36,251 nucleotides of DNA, taken from the NCBI GenBank assembly GCA_010092805.1, contig JAADYY010000077.1:1-36251 (forward strand). The letters run 5' to 3'. The notes under the pieces were generated by a model. It was not told the DNA's origin. It was given only the letters and a program-made list of their open reading frames with translations, and made no database searches. Of the stretch, positions 1-7,705 are shown in pieces. The position numbers and the translations under genes are program-made. This DNA comes from Chloroflexota bacterium. GTDB taxonomy: Bacteria; Chloroflexota; Anaerolineae; Aggregatilineales; Phototrophicaceae. Each line of letters begins with the position of its first letter. Within the stretch, counting starts at the first letter, position 1.

Positions 1-431
1 CATTGAGCAGTGGCGATGTCGAAACGGCGCGTGATCTGCTGGGGCGGGCGTACAGCGTCAGCGGGCGGGTGGTGCGCGGCGAACAGCGCGGACGGCAGAT
101 CGGTTACCCCACTGCAAATATCGATGTGTGGTCAGAGCAAGTGATCCCAGCCAACGGAGTCTACGCAGGGTGGGCTGTGCTGGGCGAGGAACGTTTCATG
201 GCTGTGACCAATGTCGGCCAGCGCCCCACGTTCGATGGGCAAGGTGTTACGGTGGAGGCACACCTGCTCGACTTCGACCGCGACATCTACGATCACCAGC
301 TCACCTTCACCTTCGAGACTCGGCTGCGCCCAGAACAGCGTTTCAACGGCATTCAGGAACTGATCGCCCAGATCGGCAAAGATGCGGACGCCGGGCGCGC
401 TTACCTCATGCAGCAGGCCGAGTCGCGGTAG
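1..431 (+). CDS. ribF: Bifunctional riboflavin kinase/FAD synthetase, C-terminal part (5' end outside window)
   Basis: Kinase motifs GxxRGRxIGYPTAN, NVGxRPTF, VEAHLLDF and LRPEQRF. The frame runs in from the window edge; stop TAG at 429-431. Confidence 0.95.
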   Translation, partial: LSSGDVETARDLLGRAYSVSGRVVRGEQRGRQIGYPTANIDVWSEQVIPANGVYAGWAVLGEERFMAVTNVGQRPTFDGQGVTVEAHLLDFDRDIYDHQLTFTFETRLRPEQRFNGIQELIAQIGKDADAGRAYLMQQAESR

Positions 432-432
432 A

Positions 433-1383
433 TCAGCGTTTGTCCTCCTTCACCTGGCGATAGCCCAACCGCTGCATCAGGCGTTCGTTCTTGCGCCAAT
501 TCTTGAGCACCTTCACGTTCAAATCGAGATGCACCACCGTTTCCAGCATCTCCACCAGTTCGCGGCGGGCCTCCGTGCCAATCTTCTTGATCATCGCGCC
601 GCCCTTGCCGATGACGATGCCTTTCTGCGAGTCGCGCTCGACGTGCAGCGTCGCGCTGATGAAGACGTTGTCCTCATTTTCCCGGAAGCTGTCGATCTCG
701 ACCGCGACGGCATACGGAATCTCTTTATCCGTGTTCAGCATCACCTTCTCGCGGATCACCTCAGAGGCGACGAAGCGCATGTTCATCTCGGTGAGGTCTT
801 CCGGCGGGTAATAGCGCGGGCCGAGCGGCATCCGCTCACGCAGATCGGCCAGCAAGGCCGCAACGCCATCGCCGTTCATCGCGCTGATGAGGTGCGCGCC
901 TTCGTGCGGGATCAAGGCTTTGTGGGCGTCGATGTGTGTATCGCGCTGTTCGTCGCTGAGGAGATCGACTTTGTTCAGTGCAAGGATCACCGGCGTTCGG
1001 CCCCGCAAGCGCTCGACGGTCTCTGCCAGCCGCTGATCGCCCGTCTCTGGCGGCTTGGAGACATCCAGGATGATCAGGATGACATCGGTGTCTTTGAACG
1101 CCTGCTCCGCGACTTGCACCATGTACTCGCCGAGTTTGTGCTGCGGCGCGTGCAAACCGGGCGTATCGACGAACAGAATCTGGCTGTGCGCGTCGGTGAG
1201 GATGCCCAGTTGACGACGGCGCGTTGTCTGCGGTTTGGGGCTGACAATGGCGATCTTTTGGCCCAAAATCCGGTTGATCAGCGTCGATTTGCCGACGTTG
1301 GGCCGCCCCGCCACCGTGATCACCCCAGAGCGGTGATCTTCCGGCCAATCTTCGGTAAACAGGCTGTCGAGATCGTCGCTCAT
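433..1383 (-). CDS. era: GTPase Era
   Basis: GRPNVGKSTL (G1), PQTTR (G2), DTPG (G3), NKVD (G4), and a C-terminal KH domain with SQKGIVIGKGG. Confidence 0.97.
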   Translation of the reverse strand: MSDDLDSLFTEDWPEDHRSGVITVAGRPNVGKSTLINRILGQKIAIVSPKPQTTRRRQLGILTDAHSQILFVDTPGLHAPQHKLGEYMVQVAEQAFKDTDVILIILDVSKPPETGDQRLAETVERLRGRTPVILALNKVDLLSDEQRDTHIDAHKALIPHEGAHLISAMNGDGVAALLADLRERMPLGPRYYPPEDLTEMNMRFVASEVIREKVMLNTDKEIPYAVAVEIDSFRENEDNVFISATLHVERDSQKGIVIGKGGAMIKKIGTEARRELVEMLETVVHLDLNVKVLKNWRKNERLMQRLGYRQVKEDKR

Positions 1384-1889
1384 GACATGATCTCCGTTTG
1401 CCAGGCGGCGACGCTGTCGTAACGTGGCAGGGTTTCAAGCAACCGTGCGGGAATCTCCGCCTCGGCTGGCGCGATCAGCGCGGTGGGGCGGGCACTTGGC
1501 GCGGTGGCTGTGGCGTCCGTGTAGACCAGCACCTCGACAGGCAGCGCCATATCCAGCGTTTTGATGTACGCCATATCGTCGGTGCCGTCGTTGCGGTAGC
1601 CGAAAATTTCGGCGCGGGGATGCAGATGGCTGCGCTTGAGCACGAACTCCCAGGCCGCTTCGCCCGTCAGCAGATCGCCGTAGTCGAGCGCGACCAACCC
1701 TGGCACAATCGAAATGTGCGGCTTGCCTAAATACCGCACCCCATAGCGGACGATCAGGCTGCCGCTGAGCGCAATGTCAGCGCCCGGTTGCGCGGTTAGC
1801 GCGAGCGCCTGCGCCGATTCGACTTGCAGCACGACCCCGTCGAATGCATCGCCGATGGGGGCGCGTTCAGGAATACGACTTGGGGCCAC
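1380..1889 (-). CDS. Hypothetical protein, 169 aa
   Basis: Clean ORF with plausible composition. Its stop overlaps the era start (ATGA) and it begins 5 nt after the upstream gene's stop. Confidence 0.8.
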   Translation of the reverse strand: MAPSRIPERAPIGDAFDGVVLQVESAQALALTAQPGADIALSGSLIVRYGVRYLGKPHISIVPGLVALDYGDLLTGEAAWEFVLKRSHLHPRAEIFGYRNDGTDDMAYIKTLDMALPVEVLVYTDATATAPSARPTALIAPAEAEIPARLLETLPRYDSVAAWQTEIMS

Positions 1890-1894
1890 TGGGG

Positions 1895-2233
1895 TTACCC
1901 GTGCGCCGCTGTGGGTGTCGCTGCGTGATCGTCGTGCGCGTCGTCGTGATCCGCATCGTGCGCGCCGTGATCGTCGTGGGGTTCGGCGTCCTGCGGCTGG
2001 TTGATGTCATCGAAATTGGCGAACGGCTGCACCACAAACAGCCACCCGGCGATCCCACCAATCAGCAGCGCCAACCCTAGAAAGAACAAGATCGCGATCA
2101 GGGTCATGTCGGCGTCAGCGCCGCCGACGACACCGAAGGCCAGCGCCAGAATCATCAGGAGGATCCCTGTGCCAGCCGCCAACGCTAAGCCAAATGTCAG
2201 CGGATTATTGGTGTGTTTCGTGCGAATGATCAT
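1895..2233 (-). CDS. Small two-TM membrane protein with His/Asp-rich C-terminal tail (112 aa)
   Basis: ATG at 2233 with GGGAG upstream (the ORF track extends to 2302). Two hydrophobic segments, then PHDDHGAHDADHDDAHDDH. Confidence 0.8.
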   Translation of the reverse strand: MIIRTKHTNNPLTFGLALAAGTGILLMILALAFGVVGGADADMTLIAILFFLGLALLIGGIAGWLFVVQPFANFDDINQPQDAEPHDDHGAHDADHDDAHDDHAATPTAAHG

Positions 2234-2347
2234 CTGAATTTTTGCTCCCAGGCGGCGAGATTCTCCAAAACATATGACATATAATTGTGCCGTCAGAACC
2301 ACCGCGCGTCAATCCTCACAGCATCAGAATGGAAAGGACACCGTCAT

Positions 2348-2989
2348 TTGAAACGTGTACTGCTGATCCGGCATGGACAAACCGAATGGAATATACTGGG
2401 CCGCTGGCAGGGGGCGCTCGATGTGCCACTCAACGCGGTCGGCGAACAACAAGCGCAGACTGTGGCTGCCTACCTCAAGGATCGCCCGATCACAGCCGTG
2501 TACACCAGCGATCTGGCGCGGGCGGCCAATACCGCGGCGGCCATCGCGGCGGCACGGGGGTTAACCGCCCAGCCGGAGATGCGGCTGCGTGAGCTGGATC
2601 TGGGGGTTTTTCAGGGGCTGACGCGCGAGGAGATCGCGGCGCAGTACCCGGACGAGTTGGCTGCGATGCAAGCGGATTACATGGGGTTCGTGATACCGCA
2701 GGGCGAGTCGCGGCAGATTATGCAGGATCGCGCCTATGAGGCATGGCAGTCGATTGTGCCGCGTGAGGCCGGGCCAGAGATTGTGATGGTGGCGCACGGC
2801 GGTACAATTCGGGTGTTGTTGATGAAACTGTTCCCCGAACGGGACGACGCCCGTCATGCCGAAATCAAAAATACGTCAATCTCAACGATCACAGTTGTGG
2901 AAAATGGCACAATGGAATTGACGGAACTGGCCGCGACACCGCACCTCGATACCATTGAGAGCGGGCGTGGCGAGTCCGCCAATATATGA
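2348..2989 (+). CDS. Histidine phosphatase family protein (phosphoglycerate mutase/CobC-like)
   Basis: LLIRHGQTEWN (RHG), SDLxRAxxTA, LRELDLG and VAHGG motifs. TTG start at 2348 with AAGGA SD upstream. Confidence 0.92.
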   Translation: MKRVLLIRHGQTEWNILGRWQGALDVPLNAVGEQQAQTVAAYLKDRPITAVYTSDLARAANTAAAIAAARGLTAQPEMRLRELDLGVFQGLTREEIAAQYPDELAAMQADYMGFVIPQGESRQIMQDRAYEAWQSIVPREAGPEIVMVAHGGTIRVLLMKLFPERDDARHAEIKNTSISTITVVENGTMELTELAATPHLDTIESGRGESANI

Positions 2990-3021
2990 TAGGTGTCACG
3001 CCCAAGTTGCCCTGTTGTCAT

Positions 3022-3050
3022 TTGTGATGAATGACACAAAAGGCTACCAT
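3022..3050 (+). promoter_or_regulatory. Putative sigma70 promoter of pckA overlapped by a Rex/CRP-like palindrome
   Basis: TTGTGA (3022-3027), 17 nt, TACCAT (3045-3050). The imperfect palindrome TTGTGATGAATGACACAA (3022-3039) covers the -35. Confidence 0.5.
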
Positions 3051-3108
3051 TTTGAGTAAAGGGTGTGCATAAATTCATCACCCGCAGCGATTTTAAGGAG
3101 ATGGCCCC

Positions 3109-4716
3109 ATGCTAGTTGCTGAACCCAGTTTGGCGAGCAGCTACGGTTTGGAGAATCACGGGTTCTCCGACCTAGGCAAAGTGTATTGGAATTTGTCAAC
3201 TGCCGCGTTGTACGAACACGCACTGCGCAACCGCGAAGGGCAGGTCGTGCATTTGGGGCCTTTGGCTGTGAGGACCGGATCGCACACTGGGCGCTCGCCC
3301 AACGATAAGTTCATCGTGCGCGATGACACCACGGCGGATACGGTCTGGTGGGGCAAAATCAACCGCCCATTTGCGCCGGATGATTTCGCCAACCTGCACC
3401 GCCAGATGACGGCGTACCTCCAGCAGAAAGATGTCTACGTGCAGGACTGCTTCGCCGGGGCCGACCCGCGTTATCGTCTGCCCATCCGTGTGGTGAACCA
3501 GTTTGCGTGGCAGAACCTGTTCGCGCGCATCATGTTCATTAAACCCACCGACGAAGAACGCCTGAACCATGTGCCGCAGTTCACCGTCATTGCCGCGCCG
3601 TTTTTCTATGCGAAACCAGAAATCGATCGCACGGCGTCACCCACGTTCATTCTCATCGATTTCACGCGCAAGATGGTGCTCATCGGCGGCACTGAGTACG
3701 CGGGTGAGATCAAGAAGTCGATCTTCTCGGTGCTCAATTACATGCTGCCGCGCCAGAGCGTGCTTTCGATGCACTGTTCGGCCAACTACGGCAAGGACAA
3801 GCATGACTGCGCTATCTTCTTCGGCCTTTCGGGCACCGGCAAAACGACCCTCAGTGCCGACCCGAACCGCACCCTGGTCGGCGATGATGAGCATGGTTGG
3901 GCTGATGACGGCATCTTCAACTTTGAGGGTGGCTGCTACGCCAAGGTCATCCGCCTTAGTGAAGAGGGTGAGCCGGAAATCTACGAGAAGACCCGCAGCT
4001 TTGGTACGGTGCTGGAAAACGTCGTCTTCGATTTGCAGACCCGCCGCCTCGATCTCGACGATGAGCTTTACACCGAAAACACGCGCGCTGCGTACCCGGT
4101 GGCGACGATCTCAAACGCGGATCAGACCGGGCTGGCGGGGCACCCGAAAAACGTGATCTTCCTCACGGCAGATGCTTTCGGTGTGCTGCCGCCGGTCGCC
4201 AAGCTGACGCCAGAACAGGCGATGTATCACTTCATCAGCGGGTACACCGCCAAGGTAGCAGGCACGGAGCGCGGGGTCACGGAACCAAGCGCAACCTTCA
4301 GCGCGTGCTTCGGCGCGCCGTTCCTGCCGCTGCATCCCACGACGTACGCCGATCTGCTGCGCGAGAAGATCAACAAGCATGGTTCGGATGTGTGGTTGAT
4401 CAACACAGGCTGGACAGGCGGCCCCTACGGCGTCGGCCACCGTATGTCGCTGGGTCACACCCGCGCGATTGTCACGGCGGTGCTCAACGGCGACCTGAAG
4501 CACGCTGAAACCGTCGAAGATCCTGTATTCGGTGTCCGCATACCGACATCGGTGCCAAATGTGCCCTCGGAGATCTTGACGCCGCGCAAGACCTGGGCGG
4601 ACAAGGCCGCTTACGACGAGAAGGCGCTGGATCTGGCGCGGCGCTTCAAGCAGAATTTTGAGCAGTTCGCGGATCAGGCGTCGCCTGAGGTGCTGGCCGC
4701 CGGGCCGAAGGTTTAA
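3109..4716 (+). CDS. pckA: Phosphoenolpyruvate carboxykinase (ATP)
   Basis: TGRSPNDK, YAGEIKK, FFGLSGTGKTTLS, GDDEHGW, NFEGGCYAK and ENTRAAYP motifs; AAGGAG SD. Confidence 0.98.
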   Translation: MLVAEPSLASSYGLENHGFSDLGKVYWNLSTAALYEHALRNREGQVVHLGPLAVRTGSHTGRSPNDKFIVRDDTTADTVWWGKINRPFAPDDFANLHRQMTAYLQQKDVYVQDCFAGADPRYRLPIRVVNQFAWQNLFARIMFIKPTDEERLNHVPQFTVIAAPFFYAKPEIDRTASPTFILIDFTRKMVLIGGTEYAGEIKKSIFSVLNYMLPRQSVLSMHCSANYGKDKHDCAIFFGLSGTGKTTLSADPNRTLVGDDEHGWADDGIFNFEGGCYAKVIRLSEEGEPEIYEKTRSFGTVLENVVFDLQTRRLDLDDELYTENTRAAYPVATISNADQTGLAGHPKNVIFLTADAFGVLPPVAKLTPEQAMYHFISGYTAKVAGTERGVTEPSATFSACFGAPFLPLHPTTYADLLREKINKHGSDVWLINTGWTGGPYGVGHRMSLGHTRAIVTAVLNGDLKHAETVEDPVFGVRIPTSVPNVPSEILTPRKTWADKAAYDEKALDLARRFKQNFEQFADQASPEVLAAGPKV

Positions 4717-4749
4717 CGCCCAATTTAGGTTATCATGATGGATGCGGGA

Positions 4750-4789
4750 GCGGGTGGGTGGTAACCGATGGGTTCACCCCCCGCCTTTA
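4750..4789 (+). terminator. Possible intrinsic terminator/hairpin after pckA
   Basis: Bulged GC-rich stem GCGGG-TGGGTG..AACC-gatg-GGTT-CACCCCCGC followed by CTTTAT; the U-tract is short. Confidence 0.4.
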
Positions 4790-4899
4790 TGCTGCGCACC
4801 GCTCAGCGTGAGGGTCGCTGCTGGGTCGAAAATCTATATCTGTCGGATCGGCGCAGCCGCAAAGTGTACGGCTGAAGATGCATGGAGAGAGAAACGAAT

Positions 4900-5847
4900 A
4901 TGGCACGTAGCAAAGTCACAATTGTTGGTGCAGGGAATGTGGGTGCGACCTGCGCGCACTGGATTGCCAACCGCGAGCTGGCCGATGTGGTGCTCATCGA
5001 CATCCAAGAGGGTGTCGCGGCGGGTAAGGCGCTGGATTTGATGGAAGCCAGCCCCGTGATGAATTTCGACCTCAGCATCACGGGCGGCGGCGATTACGCG
5101 CTGACCGCTGACTCGGATGTGGTGGTGATCACAGCGGGCGTGCCGCGCAAGAAAGACCCGAACACCGGGCAGTTCCCCAGCCGCGACGATTTGGTGCGGA
5201 CGAACCAGAAGATCGTTGGTGAGGTGGCAAAAGAGGTTGTGAAGCATTCGCCCAACAGCATTCTGGTGATTGTCTCCAATCCGCTCGATGCCATGTGCCA
5301 TGTGGCGCTGCAAGAGAGTGGGTTCCCCAGCCAACGGGTGATCGGGCAGGCGGGCGCGCTCGATACCGCCCGCTACAAAGCGTTCATCGCGATGGAACTT
5401 GGTGTGAGCGTCCGTGATATTCACGGGATCGTGCTGGGCGGGCACGGCGACCAGATGGTGCCGCTGCCGCGTCACACCTCGGTTGCTGGGATTCCCGTCA
5501 CCGAACTGATGGAGAAGGACAAACTCGACGCGATCATCCAGCGCACGCGCAAGGGCGGCGGCGAGATCGTCGGGCTGGTGGGCGTGAGCGCCTGGTACGC
5601 ACCCGCAGCGGGCACCGTCGAGATGGTCGAGGCGATCATCCGCGATCAGAAGCGCGTGATCCCGTCGGCGGTTTACCTTCAGGGGCAGTACGGCTACAAC
5701 GGCTTGTACGTCGGTGTGCCGGCGATTCTCGGTGCCAACGGCGTCGAGCGCGTCATCGAGATGGAGCTGAATGACGAAGAGAAGCGGATGCTTCAGATCA
5801 GCGCCGACGCGGTGCAGTCAGTCGTTGGCGTGCTGGGCTACGCCTGA
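4900..5847 (+). CDS. mdh: Malate dehydrogenase (LDH-like tetrameric type), with a loop insertion
   Basis: GAGNVG Rossmann motif, TAGVPRK...SRDDL, VSNPLD, LDTAR, LGGHGD. Arg is present at the MDH specificity position. ATG 4900 with GGAG upstream (ORF track starts 4882). Confidence 0.92.
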   Translation: MARSKVTIVGAGNVGATCAHWIANRELADVVLIDIQEGVAAGKALDLMEASPVMNFDLSITGGGDYALTADSDVVVITAGVPRKKDPNTGQFPSRDDLVRTNQKIVGEVAKEVVKHSPNSILVIVSNPLDAMCHVALQESGFPSQRVIGQAGALDTARYKAFIAMELGVSVRDIHGIVLGGHGDQMVPLPRHTSVAGIPVTELMEKDKLDAIIQRTRKGGGEIVGLVGVSAWYAPAAGTVEMVEAIIRDQKRVIPSAVYLQGQYGYNGLYVGVPAILGANGVERVIEMELNDEEKRMLQISADAVQSVVGVLGYA

Positions 5848-5870
5848 TCGTCAGTGAATTCGACGAGTTG

Positions 5871-5900
5871 TCAGGGCGATGCTGCGGTGCATCGCCCTGA
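5871..5900. terminator. Hairpin between convergent mdh and sua5, probable bidirectional terminator
   Basis: Perfect 12-bp stem TCAGGGCGATGC / GCATCGCCCTGA with a 6-nt loop. Confidence 0.75.
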
Positions 5901-5909
5901 TTGTGCTAT

Positions 5910-6980
5910 TCAGCCTTCCACAGCAATGAATTTGCCGTCAGCGGCCCGCAGCAGTCGATCCCAGATGGCGGCCCCCAAGCCTGCGCGCGCTAACGCTCGC
6001 ACCACAATTACATCCACCCCTTGACGGTCGAGTGCGCGCAACGCGGCGAACAACCGCGCCCCGACTTGCGCCAAATCATCACCGGGGCCGAGCGTGACGA
6101 CCTGCACGCCCGGCAGAGCAACGAACAATTCACGCTCCTCATCGATCACCAGCACACCCACACGCTGCCCAGATGCGATTCGGTCGTGAGCCGTCTGCTG
6201 CATCTGCGCGCGCACCGGGCCAACCGGGCCGCTGAACAGCAGCACCTGAGCGGACGGGGCGTAATGGCGCGTGAGTTGGCCGGGCGCATTGGCCGGATCG
6301 GCGTCGGTGGCGATGTAGCGCGGCTTGATCTGCAAGTTGGGGATGAACACGCGCAGTTGTTCGAGATCGACACCGCCGGGCCGCAGCACGACGGGTTCAC
6401 CCGTGAGATCGAGCACCGTCGATTCCAGGCCAATCGGCGTTGGCCCGGCATCGAGGATCACAGCGACGCGACCGCCGAGATCCTGCAGGACATGCTGGGC
6501 GGTGGTGGCGCTCGGTCGGCTGAAGGTGTTGGCGCTCGGCGCGGCGATGGGGCAGTCTGCCGCCTGAATCAGCGCGCGCGCGACCGGATGCACGGGCATC
6601 CGTACAGCGACGGTCGGTAGGCCAGCGGAGACATTCGGGGGAATGTTGGGGTGACGAGCGAGCACAAGGGTCAGCGGGCCGGGCCAGAAGTGCTGGGCCA
6701 ATTGATACGCGAGGTCGGGGATTTCACGGGCGACGGCGTCGATCTGCCCAAGGGCCGCGATGTGCACAATGATCGGGTCGTTGGCTGGGCGGCTCTTGGC
6801 GCTGAAGATGCACCCCACTGCGGCTGAGTCGTGGGCGTTGGCCCCCAGCCCGTAGACTGTTTCGGTGGGGAAAGCGACCAACTGCCCCGCGCGCAGCAGC
6901 TCAGCGGCCACGTGAATGGCGGCGAAGTCCGGTTGCACCGAATCGACGGAAATCACGTGGGTTTGTTCGGGAATAGCCAC
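5910..6980 (-). CDS. sua5: Threonylcarbamoyl-AMP synthase, Sua5 type (YrdC domain plus SUA5 domain)
   Basis: VAFPTETVYGLGA, KSRPxNDP, FWPGPLT, AAPSAN, ESTVLD and linker PGQLTRHYAP. Probable GTG start at 6980; the ORF-track extension to 7181 overlaps DUF433. Confidence 0.93.
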   Translation of the reverse strand: MAIPEQTHVISVDSVQPDFAAIHVAAELLRAGQLVAFPTETVYGLGANAHDSAAVGCIFSAKSRPANDPIIVHIAALGQIDAVAREIPDLAYQLAQHFWPGPLTLVLARHPNIPPNVSAGLPTVAVRMPVHPVARALIQAADCPIAAPSANTFSRPSATTAQHVLQDLGGRVAVILDAGPTPIGLESTVLDLTGEPVVLRPGGVDLEQLRVFIPNLQIKPRYIATDADPANAPGQLTRHYAPSAQVLLFSGPVGPVRAQMQQTAHDRIASGQRVGVLVIDEERELFVALPGVQVVTLGPGDDLAQVGARLFAALRALDRQGVDVIVVRALARAGLGAAIWDRLLRAADGKFIAVEG

Positions 6981-7006
6981 GAGTGCAATGAGGCGCGACG
7001 CGGCGC

Positions 7007-7300
7007 TCAGTGAGCGCTGCTGGCATGCCCGTTTGATGATGTGCCGTTGTGGGCCACACGCGAGCCTGACTCGCGAATCGCACGGTCGATCAAGTCGCGG
7101 TGATCGTCGTAATAAGCGAGGGCGGCGTGCACCTGGCTGCGCTTCAGGTTCAACTCCGCAGCGATGCGCTCGACGCTCCATTGCCCGTAACGGTAGAGCA
7201 CCACGATATTCTGTACAGTGATCCGCCGCCCCGCGATACGCGGCTTACCACCACAAACGCCCGGCGTTGCTTCGATGTGTTGGATTGGGATAATCGCCAT
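7007..7300 (-). CDS. DUF433 domain protein (putative antitoxin/HTH-like)
   Basis: IEATPGVCGGKPRIAGRRITV and L..SQVHAALAYY match the DUF433 signature. TATAAT on the minus strand at 7352-7347 suggests its own promoter. Confidence 0.88.
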   Translation of the reverse strand: MAIIPIQHIEATPGVCGGKPRIAGRRITVQNIVVLYRYGQWSVERIAAELNLKRSQVHAALAYYDDHRDLIDRAIRESGSRVAHNGTSSNGHASSAH

Positions 7301-7382
7301 CGTGTGTGTCTTTGACTCTATTCCTTGAACAATCGATCAACCTCAGATTATAGACACTTCTCTGTGGACTTGCAGCCCCAAT

Positions 7383-7677
7383 TTTTGGTTCGGCGCATTC
7401 GGAAACGGGGGTGACTGGATCGGCTGGCTGTGGGGCCCGCATCCCCCGGCCCCTCTCCTGAAAATAGACAGAATCAGGCAGGAGATGAGACTTGTAGTGA
7501 TGAGATTTTCATCGGCTTTGGTGAGCAACGCTCATGAAAACTTCTCCCTCAGGAAAAAGGGGAGCGCAACACGGGTTGAAGTCCCGCTCCCAGTGCCGCA
7601 GGCACGGTCGGGAAAGGGATTTAGGGTGAGGGCCGGGTGCCTTGCTTGCCCCAGAATCCGAATGCACTCTTTTGGTT
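7383..7677. repeat. Composite palindromic (REP/MITE-like) element with flanking 8-bp direct repeats
   Basis: TTTTGGTT at 7383-7390 and 7670-7677. Inverted repeat GCGCATTCGGA (7393-7403) / TCCGAATGCAC (7657-7667). Several nested internal stems. Confidence 0.6.
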
Positions 7678-7705
7678 TCGCACGTTTCACCGCCCGGCGG
7701 CGCGA

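Noticed and set aside
382-1422. 346-aa plus-strand ORF antisense to era
   Set aside because: Shadow ORF caused by high-GC codon bias; era on the other strand has all its motifs.
1920-1980. Tandem CGTGATCGTCGTG repeats as a CRISPR-like array
   Set aside because: They are coding repeats of the His/Asp tail, with no spacers and no cas genes.
4790-4899. Possible riboswitch in the mdh leader (hairpin CAGCCG-caaagtgta-CGGCTG)
   Set aside because: Only a 6-bp hairpin, with no conserved core of any riboswitch class I know.
6981-7181. N-terminal extension of Sua5 in the ORF track, suggesting a DUF433-Sua5 fusion or frameshift
   Set aside because: The extension is Arg-rich and nonsensical and overlaps DUF433 in another frame. 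No slippery site is evident and DUF433 has its own stop.
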